DNA of 64,000 bases from the NCBI GenBank assembly GCA_002189035.1, contig CM007991.1, positions 2,852,001 through 2,916,000 of the forward strand, written 5' to 3'. Numbering within the stretch: position 1 is the first letter of the stretch; the number at the start of each line of letters is the position of its first letter. This document shows positions 51,155-62,680 of the stretch, one piece after another. Source of the DNA: Utricularia gibba. Lineage: Eukaryota > Plantae > Magnoliophyta. The position numbers and the translations under genes are program-made. The notes beneath the pieces were generated by a model. The model had not been told where the DNA came from. It made no database searches and saw nothing but the letters and a program-made list of their open reading frames with translations.

Positions 51155-51850
51155 CTAGCTAAAACGACACTTGAGCGCGCCATTGCAGAGCCAGAGTATC
51201 ACTATAACAACCCAAACCAGAGCTTCTAAGGCGAGAACAATGCCCACAAAGAGGCACCATTTCCGCCGGAAACTCGAAATTTTTCGCACCGTGGAAGTGG
51301 GAGCCGGGTTTCTTTCCATATCTGGTGAGTCAAACCTCAATTCTCCTGCAGCTGATCTTTGGCGATCAATGGACATGGCATGATGTTGATAATCCTCGCT
51401 TCTCTTTGCTAGCTTGCCAGGTGACCCCAACAACGGATCTTCCATTCTTTCCGATGCCTCAGGCCGCTCCCGCAACGTGGGCAAGGAAGTTACCTTCTCA
51501 ATTGACGCACCTGATCGACGAGCCATGGGTTCGTGCATAGAGAGCGACCTATAAGTCGGAGCCCTAGCCCTTGACCTTTTGAAACCATCTCTCAATCGGT
51601 CAAGAAATTGGAGGATCTCAGAGCCGCCGACATCGTCTTTCACTATTGCGAAGTATACATAGCGATCATCGAACAAGAACCCAATACTTGTGTTCGCTAC
51701 TGTCTGGAAGTACCAGCGATGATGCAGGGGAGCCAACTCCAAGCACCGCGCTGCCAGTTCCTCCATAAAACTGTCGCCATCGCTGTACGCGTGCAGAGCT
51801 CGTCCCCTTGTTGAGATACTGTAGTAAGATATTTTAGTTTCTATGGACAT
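51155..51850 (-). CDS. Phytolongin (longin domain + C-terminal TM, Phyl1-type)
   Basis: LAARCLELAPLHHRWYFQT, FLFDDRYVYFAIV, LQFLDRLRDGF; C-terminal hydrophobic helix; no SNARE core. Confidence 0.85.
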   Translation of the reverse strand: MSIETKISYYSISTRGRALHAYSDGDSFMEELAARCLELAPLHHRWYFQTVANTSIGFLFDDRYVYFAIVKDDVGGSEILQFLDRLRDGFKRSRARAPTYRSLSMHEPMARRSGASIEKVTSLPTLRERPEASERMEDPLLGSPGKLAKRSEDYQHHAMSIDRQRSAAGELRFDSPDMERNPAPTSTVRKISSFRRKWCLFVGIVLALEALVWVVIVILWLCNGALKCRFS

Positions 51851-52251
51851 GATTCAGGGGATCAATAGTTGATTGATTGATGAAAACCCAGATGGAACTT
51901 TGGGTAAGCAGCAGAGGATATTGGATACTGATCGAATGATGGGGGAAGTGTTGATGTTTCTGTAAGCAGCCTCGGAAGAGAACAAACAGTAGAGAGTACG
52001 GATATTGATTGTTTTATTGGCCAGTCATGTGGTGGAGTTAACTAGTGCAGGTTTCACTTGGTCGTATTTGTGGGATGGTTGATGGGCCCTGAGCATTCAG
52101 CTCCTCCAGTCCTCCTGCTCTAGTTGACCTTTTCCTCGGGGAGTCTCCCACTGTTAGTAGGAAAGTACATTTCAGATTCCATGGTGTGTTATGTGTGCTT
52201 TCTCCAGCATTTTGTGTACCGTAAAGCGCCATCTTGGATTTAGTATCCCAG

Positions 52252-54309
52252 ATGCGCAGGGGTCTCGATGGGCTTCTCTGCAAGACATGCATCTTCCGCG
52301 TTGCGTCGAGCAAACACCTACTGGGGCGCATTCGTCGCTATAACACTACTAGTGCACTTGCCGTCGTAGTGCCTCCGGAAATCCGAGCCACTAACCATGT
52401 TATCAATGGGCATGCGAAGGGTGGCAACTTGGACCTTGCCCAGCAGCTGTTCGATCAAATGCTGCAAAGAAATCTTGTTTCTTGGACCATTCTCATCTCC
52501 GCTTATGCACAACGAGGGAGGCTTTTTCAGTGCTTTGGTTTATTTTCACGGATGCTGCACCATGAGAAGCCCAACGATTTTGCCTACGCCAGTGTGTTGT
52601 CGGTATGTGATTATTCTTGCGGTCAGCAAGTTCACGGTCTTGTTTTGAAAACAGGATATCATGCTTGGATTTACGTTGCCAATGCTCTTATCTGCATGTA
52701 TTGGAATAACGGCAACAATTCTGGCATCGAGGCTTTGGAAGTTTTCCATGGAATCGACTCCCCTAACCTTGTCACTTGTAATACAATGATCTCTGGATTT
52801 GGAATGTGCCAGCAAGGTGACAAAGCTATGGCTCTATTCAAAAGAATGTGCCTTCATGGAATTCTGTTTGATCGTACAACGATGTTGAGTTTAGTTTCTT
52901 CACTCTGTGGAGTAACAGAAGGCATCAATTGTCTCTTGTGCTGTTGTCAATTGCATTGCCTTAGCATTAAGTCTGGTTTTTCCCTGGATGCTGGAGTTGC
53001 CACATCGCTGATAAAAACTTACTCCAGTCATGGAGGAGATGTTGAAGATTGTCATAAGATTTTCATGGAAACCAGTCCTGTTAACCGAGATGCTGTTCTA
53101 TGGACAGGAGTTATGTCAGCATGTGCTGAAAAGAAACCTGAACAAGCTCTTCGTCATTTTAATCAGATGTGTAGAGAAGGGTTGCACATGGATAGTTACG
53201 TGCTTTTGGTGGCGGCGAAAGCTTGCTCGAATCTAGTAACCGGGAGAAATGCATCAGCCATTCACTGTCGAGCGATTGCTGCTGGTTTCATGAACGTAAT
53301 TGACCTGCAAAATGCTCTGATTCATTCATATGCTCGGTGTGGTTCATTTCGTTGTGCAGAAAAAGTTTTCCAAGAAATGTCATACAGGGATGTTGTTTCA
53401 TGGAATTCAATGTTGAAGGCTCATGCAATTCATGGGAATTCTGATGCAGCTTTACATCTCTTTCAACAAATGGATGTTGAGCCCGATGAGACGACCTTCG
53501 TTGCACTTCTCACATCATGCAGTCATGCTGGTTTAGTGAAGGAAGGGGTTAAGATATTTGATTCCATGTACGAGAAGCATGGCATAGTTCCCCGGTTAGA
53601 TCACTATGCGTGTATGGTGGATCTTTTTGGCCGAGCTGGGCAACTCTCAGAAGCTGAAATCATCATACAAAAAATGCCCATGGAGCCAGATTATGTTGTT
53701 TGGAGTGCATTGCTTGGAGCTTGTCGAAAGCATGGAGAAACAAAACTTGCTGAATTTGCATCTTCCAAGTTGAAGGAACTGGATCCTTACAAGTCACCGG
53801 GTTATGTTCTGGTCTCAAATGTGTACTGCTCTACAAAGAGCTACTGTGAGGGAAGCATTGTGAGAGATGGAATGATCAGAATTGGTGTCAAAAAAGAAGC
53901 CGGTTTGAGCTGGACTGAAGCCAACAACCAAGTTCATGAATTCGCCTCCGGTGGACGGCAACATCTGCAGCTGGAAGCCATACTCAAAAACATGGCTGAA
54001 TTCGTAGCAGAGTTGAAGAAAGTGGGCTACATGCCGGTGACAGATTCAGTATTCTTCGATGTGGAAGATGAGCAAAAGGAGGAGCAATTGCTTCTACACA
54101 GTGAAAAGTTGGCACTGGTGTTCTCCTTGATGAACTCTGGTGATTCTACTTACCCAGTTCGAATAGTGAAGAACATAAGGATCTGTTCAGACTGCCATAA
54201 CTTCATGCGACTGGCGTCTATGCTTGTTAACAGAGTCATCATTGTGAGAGATTCTAATAGGTTTCATCATTTTGAGAAGGGAGCCTGCTCTTGCAATGAA
54301 TACTGGTAG
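52252..54309 (+). CDS. PLS-E-DYW class pentatricopeptide repeat protein (organellar RNA editing factor type)
   Basis: PLS repeats, E domain, HSEKLAL...CSDCH zinc motif, ends CSCNEYW*. First ATG at 52252 (the ORF track opens at a TTG). Confidence 0.93.
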   Translation: MRRGLDGLLCKTCIFRVASSKHLLGRIRRYNTTSALAVVVPPEIRATNHVINGHAKGGNLDLAQQLFDQMLQRNLVSWTILISAYAQRGRLFQCFGLFSRMLHHEKPNDFAYASVLSVCDYSCGQQVHGLVLKTGYHAWIYVANALICMYWNNGNNSGIEALEVFHGIDSPNLVTCNTMISGFGMCQQGDKAMALFKRMCLHGILFDRTTMLSLVSSLCGVTEGINCLLCCCQLHCLSIKSGFSLDAGVATSLIKTYSSHGGDVEDCHKIFMETSPVNRDAVLWTGVMSACAEKKPEQALRHFNQMCREGLHMDSYVLLVAAKACSNLVTGRNASAIHCRAIAAGFMNVIDLQNALIHSYARCGSFRCAEKVFQEMSYRDVVSWNSMLKAHAIHGNSDAALHLFQQMDVEPDETTFVALLTSCSHAGLVKEGVKIFDSMYEKHGIVPRLDHYACMVDLFGRAGQLSEAEIIIQKMPMEPDYVVWSALLGACRKHGETKLAEFASSKLKELDPYKSPGYVLVSNVYCSTKSYCEGSIVRDGMIRIGVKKEAGLSWTEANNQVHEFASGGRQHLQLEAILKNMAEFVAELKKVGYMPVTDSVFFDVEDEQKEEQLLLHSEKLALVFSLMNSGDSTYPVRIVKNIRICSDCHNFMRLASMLVNRVIIVRDSNRFHHFEKGACSCNEYW

Positions 54310-54679
54310 TTGTGTTTAAACCATGCCCGGAGCAGGCACACAGTTGACACTATCAGCTAGCTCAAGGAAACTGCAGTTACAGAAGAGCTACATGGACAGT
54401 CATCCTGCTCTACAAGGTTTCAGCCCGATGAGGAGAATTGGAAAGGGTACCCCCGGGATAGGATTCGGCCTCGAGCGACGTATAAAGTTGATGGGCCTTT
54501 TGGTAATTTAAGTACCGGTCCAATTGAACGACATACTATAGATGGGCCTGTTGAAATTAGAGATTCTGGACCGTGGCCCAAGCTAACAACGTATATAAAC
54601 CAAGCCGCACACTTGAACCCCATGGTTAGGAGTGAGCGAGGGGCGTCTCTAACTTCCTATATCGTCGTTTGCCCACAAA

Positions 54680-55564
54680 ATGCAGACGCCGGACGTGAAC
54701 GTCAACCCCGCCAGTACATCTGAGCCTCCGCGGAAACGCCTCTTGTTTGATCGTCGTTATGGATGGGTGTGAGTCACTCGACTTGTTATCTTTTTGCGCA
54801 CTCCTTTTTTGTGACTTTTGTGAACTGGATTGGTTTTGTTTCATTGCAGGGTGGATGACTGGAGAGAACCATCGGTGGAAGCCTTATCCGGTGGTCGTGG
54901 GATGTATGAATTCAGGGCATCCTTTTATTTAGGGGGATTTGTTTAGTTAAATTTTCTGTTCGTTCTTATTTATTTTTTTGTTTGTTTGAAGGTTCTGCAT
55001 TTTACCCCTCGCTAAAGCTGCGATTGAGAAAGCTTCAGAAATGGTAAATAAATGTACTTGCGTTACCAGTCAAGAAGGAAATTTACTGTGTAATTTCTTG
55101 AATGGAAACATTTCCCTGCACAAAACTGAGAATTTTTTTAACAGCTGCATTGCTTCTTGATTAACAGTTGAGGTTCTGTTCTTGCAGTTTTTTTTTTTTT
55201 TTTTTTTTTTTTTAACTGAGTGCATCCGCACATGGTATGAAAAATAAAATCTCCAGACTAATGGAATGTCACTGGCCTAGGCTTAATCTGGGTTGATGCA
55301 TGTAGTGCATGTAATATTTCTGTCATGCAGTATGGCAGGGGACGGGCGAATGGTGATCGCTTTTCAGAGTTAAATTGCTAGGGTCTTTTATTAAAGTGAA
55401 TATTTGCTTTGCAGATAAACGTTGCAGCGTGCTCCACATTGGAAGTCCTTGAAGGGCGGGCACTTTTTCTCCCACAGCCTTCAAAGGCCCTCTCAATGGC
55501 CATATATCTAAGATTGCATCTTCAGGTGACACCCAAACAGATTCTCAGATGGAAAGGGGGATAA
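54680..55564 (+). CDS. Small conserved plant protein of unknown function, 4 exons (missed by the ORF track)
   Basis: Spliced reading MQTPDV..PPRKRLLFDRRYGWV|VDDWREPSVEALSGGRGM|FCILPLAKAAIEKASEM|INVAACSTLEVLE..; all junctions GT-AG and in phase. The LFDRRYGW..EALxGGRGMFCILPLA motif is recalled from uncharacterised plant proteins. Confidence 0.75.
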
Positions 55565-56168
55565 AGTGGCTGCTGATTGAATTTTCCATAAAGAAAATCC
55601 CCCGAGTAGATGCTGCCGGTTCCTGCAAAGAATTCCAAACTTATACCAGGAAATGGATAAAAATAAATTATGCAAGCATGAAGGTACTATTCATTATCCA
55701 TCTCTGGAATTCATGTTTTTTCATAAATCTGTATCTACACATCACCTAAAATCAAAGCATGCCACAAGAGTGCCCCTTTCATTCATTAGACCGAGTGCGT
55801 GAATAGAGGTAAAAAAATCATGAAAGTGAGGGTTCAATATGTTTGAGATTGGGTTAAAGTGGAGCCACTGAAATTTTGGAACATCAAGTATCAGCTGAAA
55901 AACTAACATGTATTCTATGCCACTACGTATGTGATTGTTTTAGACCAAATTCCCTACTGTAGGAGGAAGTTGGAAGGGAGAGGGATACGGATTCTTATGC
56001 TCCCCTGCCATAATATGAAACATGTCCGTGGCCCCCACGGAATCTTACAAGCTTCACGTCCCTCAAACTTCCTTTCCCCCATTATTTTTTTCTGTCTTCT
56101 GTAGTAGTGTTTATACGTGAACCAAGCCAATCAAACACCTTCGCCATTTAACTCATTGCCTGCGATGC

Positions 56169-56432
56169 ATGGTGTCAGGTCTATTCAGGAACAATGGTGT
56201 GATGCTGCTCGTGGAGGACCTCGCTCATAACCATAACGATAGTTGCACCAACAAAAGTAAGGTCCTTGGTGTTCCTGCCCACAGGGCAGGCCGTGACATC
56301 AGAACTCAGGCCTGGAGAAACCGGCCTCCAATGATCTCATCTCTATGTGTGACAGTTTTCCGGGTTCAGCATGGTTCACATGCACGACATAGTCGTCAAG
56401 AGCCCAAACGCCGTGATAACTGCGTCCCATAA
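56169..56432 (+). pseudogene. FPF1: FLOWERING PROMOTING FACTOR 1-like pseudogene
   Basis: Three frames piece together: SGLFRNNGVMLLVED..KSKVL / VFLPTGQAVTS / DLIS / FSGFSMVHMHDIVVKSPNA / RDN..*, matching FPF1 (MSGVWVFKNGVIRLVENP..KVMVYLPTGEVVSS..DLISLP..SVYMYDIVVKNPN). The central GWERY block is absent. Confidence 0.8.
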
Positions 56433-56957
56433 ACTCACTCTCGTACTGGCCCCTGCCTTTGTGGTTCGGTTCTGTTCTCTACCACTTTTACTGATCGGCT
56501 TCTCTAGTCTCCACCACAATTGCGCTCCTCTCTAATCTGATGTAGGCCATTTGCATTGTTTTAACTATGTAAATTCTTTTATGTCTAAGCCAGGAGTTGC
56601 TGCTTTTGCTTCTACTAATCTTCTGCGTAATGGAATCCCGGGCTTCCGTGGTTTATGGACAGGATTGAGGATATCGCACTATTTGAACAACGGCCTTGCC
56701 GAGCTCCATGTAATTGCTTCAGAACAACCCCAGAAAACCTTATTGTTCAGGTCCCTCTTGATGTGATGCTAATTTGATTGCAGTGCATGTAATCTTATTG
56801 AGAGTTATCCCATTGATTTGGTTTGATTCGTATTGTACTTGTGATTCCTCTACCAAAATGCATCTTTATTGTTAATCAATAGCAACCAGATGATTTCACT
56901 CTTGTCATACTGAATGTGATATGGACACTCGGGATGAAATGCAGCTTATTTCCCATG

Positions 56958-58345
56958 TCAGAGACTGGCCAGCTGTTGTATGTTGATGGGAGAAACTATC
57001 TCATTACCCCCGGAGAAGGCCTTCTTGCCTATCAAAACGTTGACCGCCTCTGTGGGGTGAAAGGCATCCCAGAATATGTAGCTCGATCTGTCTTGACATG
57101 GCATTTGGAATGGAAGACAAGATATTTGACCCCCGTTCTTACCAGTCCCACAGCATCCTCTGTTCAGAACTGTGAATCCTGGACACACAGACAGTTCAGG
57201 ATCATGCTTTATCTGTGGATAGATCGCAGATTACTCTACTGTACTCACCATACGCATCGGCGTTGAGAAGCAGATCTTGGAACGCATTGTTGATGTCAAT
57301 GTAGACGAATCTGGAACCGGGAAGATTGACACCGAGGTTGGTGATCATCATCTTGGTGTTGGTGTTAAAGGGGCTCACGAGCTCGTTAACTTCATCTGAG
57401 CAGAAGCCGTTTGTGTTGGTTTGAGCGAGAATGCTCGGGATGCAGCCCATCAGACCCAGCCCTGCTATTACAAACTTCCTGGCTCCCAGATCGTACAGTC
57501 TCTGCACCAGCAACCCCATCAATATCCTGAAACTACAGCTGCTGTCACAGCAAGGGAACTTACAGTGACGTGCTGTGTGTATTGTTCGGTCAAGAGATCT
57601 GCGAATTGCTGCGCGTTATAATGATTCTTGGTGTCATAATTCACCATGAGGTAGTTGTTGAGGTAGTCGTTGCTCCCCATTCCGATGAAAAATATGGACT
57701 TGGCCACCCCCTGCGAAAGCTCCCCTGCATCCATGATGCTGCTCAGTTGGTACAGTGTCTTCTCAAAGTTGTTGATCTGCTGCTTAAACGGAATCCTTGA
57801 AATCTGGGATCAGTTGGAACATATGATCAGTAAAACAGCATGCAAGAAATCTTGGAATGAGGAGCTGAAGAAACTCACGAAGTCCCCTCCGGTGCTCTCG
57901 AGAATCCCTGCAGCAGCTGAAGCGTAGTTCACCCCGTATCTCATCTGATCAGTGGAGGCTTGAGCCTGTGCATACGGTGGAATCAGAGGAAGCCCCAGCA
58001 GCTGAGCTGCATTGCATGCAGAAGCTTCACAGCTATGTGCAAAAAAGGAACGACAACAAAGGACTGGTTCGCGATCGTCCGCTTACCAACAGTATCGACC
58101 ATCGTGTATCCATTGGAGAAGCGCCCGGTCGGGCCGCCTCTGAAGTCAATCCCGTAAGGCAAATAGTTGGCCTTTGCGAATGAAGCCAAGTTGTTGTTGT
58201 TGCCGCTGTCGATGAGAGAATCACCGAAGATAAACATCGCCGGAACCAACGGGTGTGGGGCGCCTTCTTCCTGCCCGCTTCCGCCTTTCAAGCCAGAGGC
58301 TGCCAGAGCCAGAGCCATCAAAACCCAGAACTGCTTCGTTGCCAT
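56958..58345 (-). CDS. GDSL esterase/lipase, 5 exons
   Basis: Signal peptide; blocks FIFGDSLIDSGNNN, GRFSNG, GVNYASAAAGIL, GSNDYLNNY, FWDAFHPTE with catalytic Ser/Asp/His intact. Confidence 0.95.
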
Positions 58346-59074
58346 GAAGCTGGATGAATGCAGGAGTGGTGAAGGGGATGCGTTATATAGCAGGGAGGGG
58401 AGAAAGGTGGTTAGGACAGGATTAAATGAAGTCATCAACATGTTTTGATTCCGGTCCGGTAAGTAACTCAACTCTGAAGTGCCACATAATTGGGCTATCC
58501 TTTGTGTGTTTTCTTTATTGATGAGATTCACTTCTACGTATGCTATTCAAGCTCATTAACTCATGGAAGGTCGTAGCGATGCCCAGATTCTGGTCCGATA
58601 ACTGACAGAAGTCTACTGGGTGGTAAGGAATTATTTTGTTGGGATCTATGCTCCTCCCCCTCCCATCAACTTGGCCTCCGGCTTCTGCTGCTAGCACCTT
58701 TTCTGGTTCTCTTCTCCCTACCAAAAAAAACATGGGTACATGTATTTATGCGAGAATCTAGGACTAGGATGCTCAAACCCAGAAACTGACGCAGCAGTTG
58801 ACAACCTTTAACGGAATAACTTGGTTGGTTAATGAATACATTATTTTCTAATTTTTTATGATGAATTCTAGATTTTAACCTGCTAGCAGTTGCAACTTGT
58901 TTCTTTGAATTTGTGCTGATTTTGTGTGTGTGTTCATGTGCTGATTTTAGGAGTAAAGATTCCTCTTTTGAAAAGTTGAAGCGGAAAAGTTTGTCATGAA
59001 GTTTTGGATAACGAATGAAGTGAGGAACGGAAGGGCCTTCGTAATCACAGGACTTTGTTCTAAACCTTTCAACA

Positions 59075-60820
59075 ATGGCGGGTTTTTTCTCCATGCTGTT
59101 GCCGTTGATTTTCGCGCTTCCTCTCGGTGCTGTGTTCGCAGTTGATCGTTTAATTGGGGTATCGAATGATGAAAAAGCGTACGTATCAGCAATCGGGGAT
59201 CCTGGAATGAAGTCCCCGAATTCGTGGTTCGCGCTGGAAGCTTGGAATTTCTGCAACGAAGTCGGGCAGAAGTACCTAGCATGGGTAGCCCAAGAATGGC
59301 GGATTGCACCCACCTTCACTGTTCGTCTGGTTCGCATTATTTTCAACTCATATTGAAGGGTTATTCGCCATGGAAGAGACTAAAATTTGCTGAATTTTTT
59401 TGGTCATGTATGAGTGTAGAATCTTGTGAAGTGCAACACATGGTGATGGAGAATGAGAATCGATTGCGAGCAGGGGATGAATTTCCCATCGGCGGCTTCA
59501 ATTCTCACACAGATGTTGATGGATACGCCGTGGAGAAAGAACTTTATCTGGGACCCCTTTGTAAGGTTCCTGATTTAGAGCAACCATGGTATTTCTGGAT
59601 GATAATGCTGAAAAATGGCAACTTTGATAAGAATACTGTGCTTTGTCCTGAGAATGGCAAGAAGGTTGATAAAATTGTGATTTTCAGAACGTTTCCATGC
59701 TTTGGTCCCGGTTGTATGAACCAACCAATCGTACACCATAACCGGTCCATTGTAGCTTCATCCCCAGCCAAGGATTCATCTCTGTTTGGAGGTTTTTATG
59801 GGTCTTATGATCTTGATGCCAGTTTAGTTTCTGGGGGAGATAATGCGAATTCAAAATCTTTCTTCTCCGTTTCATAGCAGAAGAAAATGAACACCAGTAG
59901 CTGGGTTCTGTCTCATAAATTGACAACATCTTCCAAATATCCTTGGCTTATGTTGTACCTGAGAGCTGATGCGGCAGAGGGATTTAACGGGGGATATCAC
60001 TAAAATGGTCGTGGCATTATGAAAAAGGTTCATGAAATTTTATGATTACCCTTCTTTTTTAGAGAGTTAATCTGATAAACATGGACCTGGTTTCATTGCT
60101 GCAGCTCCCTGAATCTCCAAACTTCAAGGTTAGATTAACTTTGGAAGTTAAGCAAGGTGGAGGATCAAACAGACAATTCTACCTTATAAACATTGGAAGT
60201 TGCTGGAAGAACAATGGTGATCCTTGTGATGGTGATGTTCTAACAGACGTTACAAGGTACAGCGAGATGATCATCAACCCTGCAACGGAAAGTTGGTGTC
60301 ATCCATATAACCTCACCTCATGTCCACCTTATAATACAAGTTTAACTGGAGAGAAGATACATAGGACTGATACTAAAAGATTTCCATACTCTGCCTACCA
60401 CCTGTACTCTGCCCCTGGAAATGCAAAGTATCTTGAAAAACCTTATGATATCTGTGATCCATACAGCAATCCGCAGGCTCAAGAACTCCTGCAGATTCTT
60501 CCCCATCCGGAATGGGCTGTGCATGGATATCCTGAACGAAAAGGCGATGGGTGGGTCGGTGATCCAAGGACTTGGGAGCTTGGTACTGGAGCTCTATCAA
60601 GCCGCTTGTATTTCTATCAGGTACAAAACCCAGCCTTACATTGCGCTTCTTCTTACACACTGTTATATTGTAAACCATTGACATTTGGAGTGCAGGATCC
60701 AGGAACAAAAGAAGCGAGGCGCATTTGGACTTCTGTCAATGTTGGGACAGAAATCTATGCACGCAATTGACGTGTCACAGCTGAATGGAGTGAGTGATTT
60801 TGATGTTTGAGTTTCTCAAT
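59075..60820 (+). pseudogene. Pseudogene of a conserved secreted plant protein family (At1g17030/At2g47010-like)
   Basis: AIGDPGM..ALEAWNFCNEVG, WMIMLKNGNFD, KYPWLMLYLRADA, GSCWKNNGDPCDGDV, CDPYSNPQAQE. Frameshift at 59264-59266, TAG at 59875 (Trp expected), TAA at 60001 (Tyr expected), disrupted C-terminus. Confidence 0.8.
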
Positions 60821-60930
60821 GATGCAACACCACATGTCTGATACGGCAATTATTGCTATTGAATACATGAAGTTGAATAATACATTGAGAGTGGTACTAG
60901 GACGGTGATCTCTGTGCTCGAATCAACCAT

Positions 60931-62483
<1,553 letters not shown>

Positions 62484-62547
62484 TCTTCCCCGGCTCAACA
62501 GTTGTGGCTTCAGCGTCCCGCTGGCAACTGGTAAGCGTAGCATTGCT

Positions 62548-62680
62548 TATTTATAGGGAAGGGAAAATCTGTGGCAATTGAAATAGAGCGGAAGCAATCA
62601 ATCGACATCAAGGCGTCAAGGCGACAAATTTTACCCGCAAGCTCATGACCCTATGTCAACTTCTCGTCATTGATGACGTG
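62548..62680 (-). promoter_or_regulatory. OPR promoter: TATA box plus TGACG (TGA/bZIP) motifs
   Basis: TATAAATA on the minus strand at 62555-62548; inverted TGACG pair CGTCA-TTGA-TGACG at 62665-62678; a further CGTCA near 62614. Confidence 0.55.

Noticed and set aside
56551-56766. PGFRGLWTGL as a mitochondrial carrier fragment
   Set aside because: A single short motif with no Px[DE]xx[KR] signature or flanking similarity.
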